A stretch of DNA of 64,000 nt, from contig JAVYKI010000004.1 in assembly GCA_038742305.1 (NCBI GenBank), positions 19 through 64,018 on the forward strand, in the 5' to 3' direction. Shown here one piece after another: positions 48,273 through 58,283 of the stretch (within the stretch, counting starts at the first letter, position 1; each line of letters starts with the position of its first letter). Source of the DNA: Candidatus Aenigmatarchaeota archaeon. Its GTDB lineage: Archaea > Aenigmatarchaeota > Aenigmatarchaeia > CG10238-14 > SpSt-28. The notes under the pieces are model-generated. The model saw only the letters and a list, made by a program, of their open reading frames with translations, did no database searches and was not told the DNA's origin. The translations under genes and the position numbers were made by a program.

Positions 48273-50120
48273 ATGATAGAAGAAAAAATAAAGAATAGCT
48301 TAGGTAATCTTGTAGAAGATATAAAGTATGAAGGGGCGGAAATAATTATTTATACCTCTAATGAAGAATTTTTCTTAAATTATTACGAAAAAATTAAGCC
48401 TTTGGTTGAAGAGCTTAAAAGAAGAATAGAAGTTAGAATGATTCCCTCAAAATGTAAAGATAAAGAGTTTACTATTCAAAAAATAAAGGAAATAATACCT
48501 CAAGAAAGCGGGTTAAAAGAAATAATTTTTGAAGAAACAAGAAGTTTAGTTTTTATAGAAGTTGAAAAGCCTTATCTTGCAATAGGAAAAGAAGGAGAAA
48601 TAGTTAAAAAGTTGAGAAGCGAAACTTTTTGGACTCCTAGAATAGAAAGAGCACCTCAAATAGAATCTCCAATAGTTTCAAATGTTAGAAAGTTTTTGCA
48701 TGAAGAAGAAAAATTTAGGAAAAACTTTTTGAACAAAGTTGGAAATAAAATAATTGAAGTTTCTCAGCAAAAAAGAAACTGGATAAAATTAACTTTTCTT
48801 GGAGGAGCAAGAGAAGTAGGAAGAAGTTGTTTATTAGTAGAAACTCAATATTCAAATGTTTTAATTGATTGCGGAGTAAAAGCTGGAGTATATAATGAAA
48901 ACGGTTTCCCTCTTCTAAAAACAATTGATATTTCTTCTTTAGATGCAATAGTTGTTTCTCATAGCCATTTAGACCATGTTGGCTTTATTCCTTTCTTGTA
49001 TGAAATTGGATTGGATATTCCCATTTATATGACAGAACCAACTTTAGAACTTTATACTCTTTTAATGACAGATTTTCTAGAAGTTATGCAAAAAAACGGA
49101 ATTAGCATTTTTTCTGCTAAAGGAGTAAAAGAATCTTTAAAAAGAATAATTACTTTAGAATACGAAGAAGTTACGGATATTACTAATGATATAAAATTAA
49201 CTTTTTATAATGCTGGACATATTTTGGGAAGCTCTATAGTTCATTTGCATGTTGGAGAAGGATTATACAATATAGTTTATGCATTAGACCAAAAATTTGA
49301 TAGAACAACTTTATTAGAGCCAGCTCATACAGAATTTAAGAGAATTGAAAGTTTAATAATAGAATCGACTTATGGCTCTAAACAAGATATAATGCCAAAA
49401 AGAAAAGATACTGAAAAAGAGCTTGTTGATACAGTAAATCAAGTAATGGAAAGGAATGGAATAGTTTTAATTCCTAGCTTTGCTGTAGAAAGGGCTCAAG
49501 ATATTATAGCAATACTTTCTCTCAATAACTTTCAATATCCAGTCTTTATTGATGGAATGATATGGGATGCAACAAGCATTTATACAGTTTATCCAGAATA
49601 TTTAAATCCTAGAATAAGAAAAATTTTAAAAGAAGAAAACATCTTCAAAAAAGACAATTTTATAAGAGTTTCTACAAAACAGCAAAGAGAAAAAATAATT
49701 GAAGAAAGGCCGAGTGTTATAATTTCTACTAGCGGAATGATGACTGGAGGCCCAATAATAGAATACTTTAAAAAATTGTGTGAAGATGAAAGAAATTTGC
49801 TTTTGTTTGTTGGTTATCAAGGAGAAAATACTCTTGGAAGAAGAATTCAAAATGGAGAAAAAGAAGTTCAATTAGAAGAAAATGGGAAATTAAAAAATTA
49901 TAAAGTAAATCTTGAAGTTAAAACTCTAAAAGGATTAAGTGGTCATTCAGATAGAAGGCAATTAATAGCTTATGTTAATAACTTATCTGTTAAACCAAAA
50001 AGAATATTTGTTGTTCATGGTGAAGAAAGTAAAGCAAGCGAACTAGCTAGTACTTATCAAAAAATTTTTGGAATAGAAAGCTATGCTCCAAGAAATTTGG
50101 ATTCTTTAAGAGTTTTATAA
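48273..50120 (+). CDS. aCPSF1/FttA (KH + metallo-beta-lactamase + beta-CASP RNase)
   Basis: N-terminal KH-like region; MBL motif VVSHSHLDHVG; beta-CASP His/Asp motifs; about 615 aa. Confidence 0.9.
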   Translation: MIEEKIKNSLGNLVEDIKYEGAEIIIYTSNEEFFLNYYEKIKPLVEELKRRIEVRMIPSKCKDKEFTIQKIKEIIPQESGLKEIIFEETRSLVFIEVEKPYLAIGKEGEIVKKLRSETFWTPRIERAPQIESPIVSNVRKFLHEEEKFRKNFLNKVGNKIIEVSQQKRNWIKLTFLGGAREVGRSCLLVETQYSNVLIDCGVKAGVYNENGFPLLKTIDISSLDAIVVSHSHLDHVGFIPFLYEIGLDIPIYMTEPTLELYTLLMTDFLEVMQKNGISIFSAKGVKESLKRIITLEYEEVTDITNDIKLTFYNAGHILGSSIVHLHVGEGLYNIVYALDQKFDRTTLLEPAHTEFKRIESLIIESTYGSKQDIMPKRKDTEKELVDTVNQVMERNGIVLIPSFAVERAQDIIAILSLNNFQYPVFIDGMIWDATSIYTVYPEYLNPRIRKILKEENIFKKDNFIRVSTKQQREKIIEERPSVIISTSGMMTGGPIIEYFKKLCEDERNLLLFVGYQGENTLGRRIQNGEKEVQLEENGKLKNYKVNLEVKTLKGLSGHSDRRQLIAYVNNLSVKPKRIFVVHGEESKASELASTYQKIFGIESYAPRNLDSLRVL

Positions 50121-51176
50121 AGTTAAATAAGATAAAGTAGCTAAATAAGGCTCTATAAATTCTTTGTAATAGTAATTAACATAGAAAATAGAAGAAAGAA
50201 GCAATTTTGGAGTAATTTGAACCTTTTTCTTGCTTATTGTTAAAAGATAAGAAAGCAAAAGTTTTTTTAATTTTAAATCTTGGTCTGAAGTAGAAGTTAA
50301 AAACTGAGTTAAATCTCTATTTCTTAAAAAGTTTGCAGTCCAAATATGAATATTATCATTATACCAATTAGCAGCTGCTCCTGCAATTCCATTAATAGAA
50401 TTTTCTTGAATTAAAATGTTATCTATTCCACAAACAGCTATTGAAGAATTCAAATAATTTGAAATTACATAATTTTCTGGAAAACTTGTTAAATAATTAG
50501 ATTTAGTTAATATTTTATAAACTTTATAGCTGGCATTAGAACCAAAAAAAGGTTTGCTTATTTTTACGTTTAAATTATTGTTATTATTGCAATTTGTTGT
50601 TAATCCAAAAACAGAATAGAAAAAGGATTGAAATCTATTATAAGTTGAAGCATCTAAATCGCAAATCATTAATATTCCTGCATATCTAGTAAATTTTTCT
50701 AGAGAAATAATAGAGCTAGAATCTAAATTACAACTCCAAACAACTAAACCATCTAAAGCAAAATCTTTTTCTGTTAAAGAAGGTATTGTAGGAGAAAAGT
50801 ATAAATAAATTTTTCTTCCGTTTATATCAACACCATCTTTAAATAAATTATTTAGCAATAATAATTGTTCTTCTGTGCAAACACATGAAAAGTTTAATTT
50901 TGATTTAATTTTTCCCTCTTCGCTAAGTATAGCATATATTCCTAAATTTAAATTTTTAATTATTTCGTTAATTTTATTTTCAGTTAATTGGTTTACAGAA
51001 TCTAATGAAAAAAGCAAATCGTACAATATAGTTTTTATTTTTTTATCTTCTAAAGAAGTTTTTTGGAATACTGTATAAGAAATTACAAAAAATATTATTA
51101 AAAATATTGTAATAGCTACTATAGTTTCATAAATTAAAGATTGTAATTTCATTCTACTGAAACAGAAAGATAACAT
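50115..51176 (-). CDS. hypothetical secreted/membrane-anchored protein (possible pilus-associated)
   Basis: N-terminal hydrophobic helix (MKLQSLIYETIVAITIFLIIFFV); last gene of the second pilus-like cluster. Confidence 0.5.
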   Translation of the reverse strand: MLSFCFSRMKLQSLIYETIVAITIFLIIFFVISYTVFQKTSLEDKKIKTILYDLLFSLDSVNQLTENKINEIIKNLNLGIYAILSEEGKIKSKLNFSCVCTEEQLLLLNNLFKDGVDINGRKIYLYFSPTIPSLTEKDFALDGLVVWSCNLDSSSIISLEKFTRYAGILMICDLDASTYNRFQSFFYSVFGLTTNCNNNNNLNVKISKPFFGSNASYKVYKILTKSNYLTSFPENYVISNYLNSSIAVCGIDNILIQENSINGIAGAAANWYNDNIHIWTANFLRNRDLTQFLTSTSDQDLKLKKLLLSYLLTISKKKVQITPKLLLSSIFYVNYYYKEFIEPYLATLSYLTL

Positions 51177-51571
51177 ATTAAATTATTCATTGTAGCAACT
51201 CTAGTTATTTTGGCTTGAGCTATATATTGATTAGAACATGTATATACATTATTTCCACAAGATAAAGTAATATTAAAATTGCTTACATTAAAGAAGTTTT
51301 TAATAAAATCTTTGTTAGAATTGCAAAAATTGAAAAAATTGGAAACTTTTTGCTGAGAAAGAATAGTATAATTTAAAGTTGAAAGAGAGAAAGAAGAATT
51401 AGAATATAGTAAGAATTGGGAAATTATTAAGCTTTTTATAACATTTTTTTCATTTTTCATGCTAACAATTTCTGCTGATTGTGTATTTAGAAAAATAAGA
51501 GAAATTAACGTAAAAGCTCCTAAAAATAAAGAAAGAGAAATTACTATTTCAAAATTTGTTAAGCTTTTCAT
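51149..51571 (-). CDS. pilin-like small protein (N-terminal hydrophobic helix)
   Basis: MKSLTNFEIVISLSLFLGAFTLISLIFL N-terminus; 140 aa. Confidence 0.45.
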   Translation of the reverse strand: MKSLTNFEIVISLSLFLGAFTLISLIFLNTQSAEIVSMKNEKNVIKSLIISQFLLYSNSSFSLSTLNYTILSQQKVSNFFNFCNSNKDFIKNFFNVSNFNITLSCGNNVYTCSNQYIAQAKITRVATMNNLICYLSVSVE

Positions 51572-52479
51572 AAAAATCCTATTTTTCCTAAAAGCAATAA
51601 AGTAAAGAAAGTTATTGAAAAAAGTATTAAAGAATGAATTAATCCTTTAATTAAGCTTCTTTCAATTCCAATACCTATTATAATGCCTGAAAAGAAAGAT
51701 TGAATTATTATCGCTGTGAATAGTAATCCGAAAAGATAAAATTCAGCATATTTATATTCTTTTTTAAACAGTTTCATTTCGTTTTCATATAAGCTACAAA
51801 CAAAAGATTGTAAAGGAGTATATGGAACTTCACAAGGAATTTCAACATATTGACCTTGTCTTTGCATGTTTTCAACAAAAGAAGAAAAAATTGGTACCAT
51901 AATCCTTATTATAATTATTGTAATTACAAGAAAAATTAAAGATATTGCATAAAACAAAACTATATATTGATTTATTAAACCTTTTCTCTCAATTTCTACA
52001 GAAGAAATTTTTACAATATAATTGTATACTCCATCTATAATTTCTTTAATTCCATATCCTGTAGTAAAAGCTTCTTTAAGTATTGTCAAACCATTTTTTA
52101 TTTTTTTATTTTCTTTAAATTTAGAAATTAAAAAATCAAAAGCATTTTTAACATTAATTCCAGCTTCTAGTTTTCTTGCAAAAGTATAAAATATTCTCGT
52201 TAAATTTCCATATTTTTGTTTTGAAGTTTCTATTAAAGCTTTAATTATTGGCACCTTTGCTCCAACATTTCTAGACAAATTTTTTAGAAATACAGGAAAA
52301 TACTTATCAGCTTCTCTAATTTTTCTCTCTTCTTCAAGTAAATAAAAGAGGAAAAGCAAGGAATGAGAAATAATTACTATAATTAAAACATTTACTGCAG
52401 TATAAACATCAAATAAAAAATAGATTAGTAAAACTATTCCTAATGAAATCGGCAATGTTATTTTAAATTTATCTATCAT
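51568..52479 (-). CDS. TadC/FlaJ-like membrane protein (T2SS-F domain), locus 2
   Basis: T2SSF-like cytoplasmic domain flanked by TM helices; 4-nt overlaps with neighbours. Confidence 0.75.
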   Translation of the reverse strand: MIDKFKITLPISLGIVLLIYFLFDVYTAVNVLIIVIISHSLLFLFYLLEEERKIREADKYFPVFLKNLSRNVGAKVPIIKALIETSKQKYGNLTRIFYTFARKLEAGINVKNAFDFLISKFKENKKIKNGLTILKEAFTTGYGIKEIIDGVYNYIVKISSVEIERKGLINQYIVLFYAISLIFLVITIIIIRIMVPIFSSFVENMQRQGQYVEIPCEVPYTPLQSFVCSLYENEMKLFKKEYKYAEFYLFGLLFTAIIIQSFFSGIIIGIGIERSLIKGLIHSLILFSITFFTLLLLGKIGFL

Positions 52480-53327
52480 GGAATAAAAGATTGTAATAAT
52501 TTACTCATCATTAAACTTATTATTGGAACTAAAAAGAAAACTATGAAAAATTGCAATTCTATGAGGTTTGGAATTGGTTGAATTAGAGAGAAAACGGAAG
52601 TTATAATAATTAAGAATAAGCTTCCTATAACAACAGCTATTATATATATTTCAAAAAAAAGTGCAAGTTTTCTGGAAGATTCTCTTATAAGGTTTCTATA
52701 TTCCTCAATTTCATCATTAGCAACTTTAGTTACATAATCCTTTATACTTCCACCAGTTTTAATAATAGTAAGCAATCCAAAAAGAAAATTTCTAAGTTTT
52801 TTTGAGGGAGTAGTTTCAATTTTTTTATCAATTGCACTTATTATATCTAATCCACCATATTTTACTAAATTATAAATTTCTTGAAACTCTTTTGAAATTA
52901 GAAAATTTGGATTAGATTCTACAAAAGATTTAATAGATTGGTCTAAAGGAGTTTTATCAGAAGCAAAAGCTGAAAAAATTGGAATTGCATCATACATTTC
53001 CTTATTAATTCTAGATTCTAAACTCATAAGTCTAAAAGAAGGAAGCTTCAAGTAAACAAAAAGAAAAGCAAAAGGAATTCCGATAGAAATTATTAGTGCC
53101 GAAGTTAAAGCAAAAGCAGGATTTCTAGTTATTGAAGAAAAAAATACAGTTGAAAATATTGTTAGAAAAACAAAAAGGAAAAAAGAAATTGTAATACCTC
53201 TTGCAATATAATATTCTGAAGAAACATTATATTTCAATATTCTTAAATTAATTGGTAAGTCTTCATTTAATTTTAAAAGGAAATCTATGAAAGGTTTAAA
53301 GGAATTGAGGAAAAATTCTGTAATCAT
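52476..53327 (-). CDS. TadB/FlaJ-like membrane protein (T2SS-F domain), locus 2
   Basis: T2SSF-like block (…ISAIDKKIETTPSKKLRNFLFGLLTIIKTGGSIKDY…). Confidence 0.75.
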   Translation of the reverse strand: MITEFFLNSFKPFIDFLLKLNEDLPINLRILKYNVSSEYYIARGITISFFLFVFLTIFSTVFFSSITRNPAFALTSALIISIGIPFAFLFVYLKLPSFRLMSLESRINKEMYDAIPIFSAFASDKTPLDQSIKSFVESNPNFLISKEFQEIYNLVKYGGLDIISAIDKKIETTPSKKLRNFLFGLLTIIKTGGSIKDYVTKVANDEIEEYRNLIRESSRKLALFFEIYIIAVVIGSLFLIIITSVFSLIQPIPNLIELQFFIVFFLVPIISLMMSKLLQSFIP

Positions 53328-54985
53328 AGATATGCTTCTATAGCTTCAATTAATTCTTCTTTATTTATGTAATAGCTGTTTATTACAGAATAAAAGCTGT
53401 TTATATCTGTAATGTTGTATCTATACATAAAATCTAAAAGCTTTGCTCTGTTTATTATTTCTTCTCTTATTTCTCTTTCTGTTAATCCAAATAATGAAGA
53501 TATTTTGTATAAAGTATAACTTTTATTTTTTATTTCAAAAGAATCGTTTAAAGGATTCCAAGCTATTACATCTCTATAATCTACATCTTTTTCTGTAGCT
53601 CCTAGAATTTCTACAATGTTAGAAACTCTTCTTACAAATTTTCCTTTGTAATATATTCTTTTTACAAATACTACTAAATCTAGAATTTCTATTAAAGAAG
53701 GACTTAATTCTATTGGCTTAGTTTTTAATCTGTCAACAAGCTTTGTCATATCTTCTGCATGAATAGTTGCTAAGCCAGTATGACCTGTTGCCATTCCTTG
53801 AAATAATACAGAAGCTTCTTTTCCTCTAACTTCTCCAACTATTATATAATCAGGCCTTTGTCTTAAAGCAGCTCTTAATAATTCGAATAAATCAACTTCT
53901 CCCTCTTTTCCAGTACTTTCCGGAACTCTTGCTACATGTTGTATCCAATGAATATGTGGCAACTTTATTTCTGGAGTATCTTCTATTGAAACAATTTTTT
54001 TATCAAATTTTATAAAGCTAGAAATTACATTAAGTAAAGTTGTTTTACCAGTACCAGTGCCTCCAGAAATTAATATATTTCTTCCGTGTTCTATGCAAAA
54101 CCATACAAACGCTAAAGATAGTGGATCGATAGTTTTGCTCTTTATTATTTCTATTGGAGAGAGAACTTTTTGAGGAAACTTTCTAATTGTAAAGTTAGAA
54201 CCTCTAATAGCAATATCAGTTTCTAAAGTTGCTTGCAATCTGCTACCATCTGGTAAAATTCCATCTACTAGTGGCATAGCTAAGTTTATAGTTTTTCCGC
54301 ATAACTGAGCTAACCTAATTACTAATGAATCTAATTCTTCTCTATCATAAAAAATTATGTTTGTAGGAACACTTCCAACTAAAGGATTTTTATGAATTAC
54401 AAAAACAGGAATTCCCAAACCATCGCAACTTATATCTTCTATGTTTGGGTCTTTCATTAATGCATGGATTTTTCCATAGCCTAAAAAATCTTTTTCTATA
54501 TAATAAAGTATTATTTCTTTTTCTTCTTCAGTTAAAGAATACTTCGAAAGAAAATCTTCAGATAACTTCTTTATTTCTTCTTCAGGCCTTTCTGTTAATA
54601 TTCTTCCTAAATTTTCTCTTAAAAAATCTTTTAAAGTGCTATATAACATTTTAAGTTTATCGGATAGTTCTGTTTCTATAACTTTATAAATTAAACTATT
54701 ATTCTCAAATTCTATTCTAGCAGAAGCAAAAACTTTACCGTTTTTAACTATTAAAGGATATTCGAGCTTTATTTCTTCAGGCCTTAATTCTTCTTCAAAA
54801 ACAAAAGTATATATAGGCAAATTTATTCCAGGATATTCTTTTTTCTCTTCATACTCTTTAAAAACTAATAATGGAGGTTCTTTTCTTATTCTTCTTTTTC
54901 TCAGTTCTTTTAATATTTTTTGATAATAGAGCGGCGAGGTTAGTTCTAAATATCTTCTAGCAGCTCTTATTATTTTAAATACCAT
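53324..54985 (-). CDS. FlaI/TadA-family secretion ATPase, locus 2
   Basis: Walker A ISGGTGTGKTTLLN, Asp box, His box. Confidence 0.9.
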   Translation of the reverse strand: MVFKIIRAARRYLELTSPLYYQKILKELRKRRIRKEPPLLVFKEYEEKKEYPGINLPIYTFVFEEELRPEEIKLEYPLIVKNGKVFASARIEFENNSLIYKVIETELSDKLKMLYSTLKDFLRENLGRILTERPEEEIKKLSEDFLSKYSLTEEEKEIILYYIEKDFLGYGKIHALMKDPNIEDISCDGLGIPVFVIHKNPLVGSVPTNIIFYDREELDSLVIRLAQLCGKTINLAMPLVDGILPDGSRLQATLETDIAIRGSNFTIRKFPQKVLSPIEIIKSKTIDPLSLAFVWFCIEHGRNILISGGTGTGKTTLLNVISSFIKFDKKIVSIEDTPEIKLPHIHWIQHVARVPESTGKEGEVDLFELLRAALRQRPDYIIVGEVRGKEASVLFQGMATGHTGLATIHAEDMTKLVDRLKTKPIELSPSLIEILDLVVFVKRIYYKGKFVRRVSNIVEILGATEKDVDYRDVIAWNPLNDSFEIKNKSYTLYKISSLFGLTEREIREEIINRAKLLDFMYRYNITDINSFYSVINSYYINKEELIEAIEAYL

Positions 54986-55015
54986 AATATAAATAGTTAA
55001 GGATTATTATTATTG

Positions 55016-55450
55016 TTAATCTACATTAAGGATTGAAAAAGCTTCTGAAAAATAAGAAAAATTAAGTAATATATTTTTGTTTATAGTTGCAGCTGCAAAT
55101 ATAGGATATTTATTAGTTAAATTGTAAAAAGAAGAATAAATTTCCTTATCTTCTAAAGAATAAACAATAAGCTGGTTTTTAGAATAAACTAATAAAGGCT
55201 GATAAATTCTAGGTGAAAACGTTTTAGTTCTTAAAACTATTTCAAAATAGCAAAAATTGCAAACAGAATAACCAGCAATTCCAGAAAATTCTAGAGCTTC
55301 TTTAAAATATTCTAAAAATGCTTGAGATTTTTGAGATTTTAAAACTTGAATAGAAGTATTCCAGAAATATAATAAAAAAGTGAAAAGCGAAAAAACTAGG
55401 AAAGAAAAAAGTAAATAAGTTAAAATTGAAACTTGAGCTTTATGAAACAT
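55016..55450 (-). CDS. small protein with N-terminal TM helix (possible minor pilin/assembly protein)
   Basis: 144 aa; hydrophobic N-terminus. Confidence 0.45.
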   Translation of the reverse strand: MFHKAQVSILTYLLFSFLVFSLFTFLLYFWNTSIQVLKSQKSQAFLEYFKEALEFSGIAGYSVCNFCYFEIVLRTKTFSPRIYQPLLVYSKNQLIVYSLEDKEIYSSFYNLTNKYPIFAAATINKNILLNFSYFSEAFSILNVD

Positions 55451-56012
55451 CTATAAAAATGTTGTAAGTATTTGTAGAAGCATCAAAATTTCTTAAAGAA
55501 ACTATGACAAACCTAGAAGTCCAGAGATTTTTTGAAGGAATAAAATTTATTTTTAAATCTTTGTTATCTTGCTTAACATCTATAGCTGTTAATCTATAAG
55601 TAATTTCGTAAGTATCTTCAATTTTTCTTGCTTTTCCTTCAATTTTGTAAAAGGGATCTAATCCAAAATAGCAAACTTGCTTTGTGCAACCTTCTATAAG
55701 TACCCATGCATTATTATCAGAAAAAGGAGAAACAGAAGAATAAAAAGTTACTTCTATAGTTTTTGATGTAATGTTCCAGTTAACTTCAAATGCAGCATCA
55801 ATTCTTGTTTGTTCTCCAGTTAATATAGCTTTTCTAACCGCTTCTATTAAAGAATCTTTTGAACCAAACAATTTGTTATAAATTAAATTAACTTTTGTTT
55901 CATCTTGAGATTTCCTTATATAAGGTAAAAAGTAAAAAAGTATAGTAGAAATTAAAGAAATTGCAACTAGAAAAATTAATAAGTATGAAATTGGCTCAGT
56001 CTGCTTTTTCAT
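55440..56012 (-). CDS. small protein with N-terminal TM helix (possible pilin-like)
   Basis: 190 aa; MKKQTEPISYLLIFLVAISLISTILFYF N-terminus. Confidence 0.5.
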   Translation of the reverse strand: MKKQTEPISYLLIFLVAISLISTILFYFLPYIRKSQDETKVNLIYNKLFGSKDSLIEAVRKAILTGEQTRIDAAFEVNWNITSKTIEVTFYSSVSPFSDNNAWVLIEGCTKQVCYFGLDPFYKIEGKARKIEDTYEITYRLTAIDVKQDNKDLKINFIPSKNLWTSRFVIVSLRNFDASTNTYNIFIDVS

Positions 56013-56019
56013 AAATTAA

Positions 56020-56523
56020 TTATTTCTTTTCCAATAATACTAAGCCTTGCTGAGGTTGTTGAGGTTGCTGTGTTTGTATTGGTAATCTTATAGGCAATTG
56101 TGCAGGCTGTTTTTGTTCTCTTGTTCTTCTTTCTAATAACTCTAACCTTTCAACTAATTGTTTATTTGTTAATGAAACATCTTTTAATAATTCAACCATT
56201 TCATTCATTTTCTTTACTAAAGGTTTAAATGCTTCTTCTCCAATAGCTTCTTGGAATGCAGAAGCTTTTATAAAGTTTAGCAATTCTTGCATTTGTAAAA
56301 CTAAAGAATCTAATTTTGGATATAATTTAGATATTTCTAGCTTTAATGCTTCATTAGATTTTACAACTTCATCAATTATAAGCTGATTAACTTTTATTAT
56401 ATCTACAATTTCCTTTAAAAATTGGCTACCACTCTCTCTTTTTATTTGTTCTTCAAGCCTTTCTATTCTTCTTTCTAACCTTCTTAAAGGGCTTACCGGA
56501 ACTATTTCAAATTCTTCTTCCAT
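56020..56523 (-). CDS. coiled-coil protein with Q/P-rich tail
   Basis: Heptad-rich ORF ending QTQQPQQPQQ. First gene of the minus-strand cluster ending at 50115. Higher GC. Confidence 0.5.
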   Translation of the reverse strand: MEEEFEIVPVSPLRRLERRIERLEEQIKRESGSQFLKEIVDIIKVNQLIIDEVVKSNEALKLEISKLYPKLDSLVLQMQELLNFIKASAFQEAIGEEAFKPLVKKMNEMVELLKDVSLTNKQLVERLELLERRTREQKQPAQLPIRLPIQTQQPQQPQQGLVLLEKK

Positions 56524-56569
56524 AATTATTTTATTTTATATATTTATAGTTTATGTTTATCATTGAGGT

Positions 56570-57598
56570 TTATTTCTTAAACCAAGAAAATAAAGAAGTT
56601 TGTTTCCATTTTTTAAACCCTTCTTTTAATTTTTCTAAAGCATTTTTAACTCTTTCTTCATTAAAATCTCTTTCATCAACCATAAACTTTAAAATTTTTT
56701 CTTCTTGAACTTCTCCAATTTTTATTTCAACTTTATCAGTAACAACTGGATTTAAAAAGAAATTATAAACTTCGTCTATATAATCTTCTTTAAACTTTAA
56801 ATGCCTTTTCAAAGTTTCAAAATTTTTATAAGTTTTTACAGCTTCTAAAGCTTTTTTTATTCCATAACCTTTTATTCCTTCATTATAATCTGTTCCAACA
56901 ATTAATCCGATTAATATTAATTGTTCTCTAGTAATCTTGTGCTTTTCTAAGACTTTTTGAAGCTCTATTAATTCTGGCTTAACTTCTACATAAATTTCTT
57001 TTCTTGGCAGTTTTCTTTTTCCTTCAATGCTTAAATTTCTTATTAGTTTTGGAGAGCCAAAAAGCAAAGAATCGTAATCTTGAGAAGCTGAAGCAAATAC
57101 TAAACCTTTAGAAGCTAAATAAGCAGCTTGAGCTTCCCCTTCGCTTGGAGCTTGAACTATTGGAATTCCCATATAGCTTAGCAATTCTTTTGTTTCTTCT
57201 ACCATTTCTTTTGTTAAAACTGCAGCAGCTTGAGCATAAGTAATTGCCTCTTCTCCTTTTTCCAAAGCTTCTTGCCATTTTTTATAAGCTTCTTCTTTTG
57301 CTTTTAATCTTTCTTCAATTTCCTTTTTCTTAAATTTTGGAGGTTCTCCATCAAAAACATAAACAGGCTTAATTCCTCTTTCAATAAAATTTACAGTTCT
57401 GTAAAATAATCCAGAAATATGGGAAGTAATTCTTCCTTTAGAATCTCTTAAAGGCATTCCAGTATCTTTATCTCTAATAACGCTTAAAAACTGATATAAA
57501 ATATTAAAAGCATCGAAGGCGACCCATTTGTTTAGCAGAGCATTATCATCTATTTCTACTTTTACTTCTTCTACTAACTCTCTTAAGTTTACTCCCAT
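56570..57598 (-). CDS. fen: flap endonuclease FEN-1
   Basis: [10 protein letters not shown]-terminus, N and I nuclease domains with conserved acidic residues, C-terminal PIP-like FSWFKK. Confidence 0.9.
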   Translation of the reverse strand: MGVNLRELVEEVKVEIDDNALLNKWVAFDAFNILYQFLSVIRDKDTGMPLRDSKGRITSHISGLFYRTVNFIERGIKPVYVFDGEPPKFKKKEIEERLKAKEEAYKKWQEALEKGEEAITYAQAAAVLTKEMVEETKELLSYMGIPIVQAPSEGEAQAAYLASKGLVFASASQDYDSLLFGSPKLIRNLSIEGKRKLPRKEIYVEVKPELIELQKVLEKHKITREQLILIGLIVGTDYNEGIKGYGIKKALEAVKTYKNFETLKRHLKFKEDYIDEVYNFFLNPVVTDKVEIKIGEVQEEKILKFMVDERDFNEERVKNALEKLKEGFKKWKQTSLFSWFKK

Positions 57599-57859
57599 CT
57601 ATTTCTTCTTTTTTCTCTTAGCTTCCTTTTCTTCCTTTTCAACCTCTTCTTTTAGTTCTTTTTCTATTTTCCATTCGTCATAGTATAGCCATGCTATGAA
57701 AAATCCTAGAAGTACTAAAACTATTGGTATTGCACCGTTTATTACTACTTTTACATCTTGGATTGCTGGCTTTATTATTCCTGGTATACCATATAGTGCA
57801 TAGTAAAGTCCTGCTAGCGCTATTAGTATTCCTATGAAGGATTTTACTAAAGGATGCAT
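57599..57859 (-). CDS. small 2-TM protein with K/E-rich tail
   Basis: 86-aa ORF adjacent to fen with no gap. Confidence 0.45.
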   Translation of the reverse strand: MHPLVKSFIGILIALAGLYYALYGIPGIIKPAIQDVKVVINGAIPIVLVLLGFFIAWLYYDEWKIEKELKEEVEKEEKEAKRKKKK

Positions 57860-57892
57860 AGAATATTATTGAATTTAAATTATTAAAGCACT

Positions 57893-57966
57893 TGGGCCCG
57901 CTGGGATTTGAACCCAGGTCAGTGGCTCCGAAGGCCACCGCTTTATCCAAGCTAAGCTACGGGCCC
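57893..57966 (-). tRNA. tRNA-Arg (anticodon UCG)
   Basis: Minus-strand cloverleaf: acceptor GGGCCCG/CGGGCCC, D-stem GCUU/AAGC, anticodon arm GUGGC-CUUCGGA-GCCAC, T-arm CUGGG-UUCAAAU-CCCAG. Confidence 0.85.
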
Positions 57967-57993
57967 ATAATGCAAATTAGAAAAATAGAAAAA

Positions 57994-58064
57994 TGGGTCC
58001 GCCCGGAGTTGAACCGGGATCCCCGCCTCGTAAGGGCGGTGTCCTACCGCTAGACTACGGACCC
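57994..58064 (-). tRNA. tRNA-Val (anticodon UAC)
   Basis: Minus-strand cloverleaf: acceptor GGGUCCG/CGGACCC, anticodon arm CCGCC-CUUACGA-GGCGG, T-arm CCCGG-UUCAACU-CCGGG. Confidence 0.85.
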
Positions 58065-58091
58065 ATAATCAAATAAAAATAGTAATATATT

Positions 58092-58283
58092 ATGAGAGTA
58101 AGAGTAAATAGAGAGAAATGCATTGGATGCGGAGCTTGCGTTTCATTAGTTCCAGAAGTTTTTGAATTTGTAGAAGGATTAGCAAAGGAAAAAGTAAGTG
58201 AAATAAATGATGAAAAATTAAAGCAAGCAGTAAAAGAAGCTGCTGAAATTTGTCCTACTGGAGCAATAGAAGTTGAAGAATAA
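58092..58283 (+). CDS. fdx: small single-cluster ferredoxin
   Basis: CIGCGAC…CP (CxxCxxC…CP) in 63 aa. Confidence 0.8.
   Translation: MRVRVNREKCIGCGACVSLVPEVFEFVEGLAKEKVSEINDEKLKQAVKEAAEICPTGAIEVEE

Noticed and set aside
57678-57950. 90-aa minus-strand ORF
   Set aside because: Overlaps tRNA-Arg and the 57599..57859 gene in another frame. No support.
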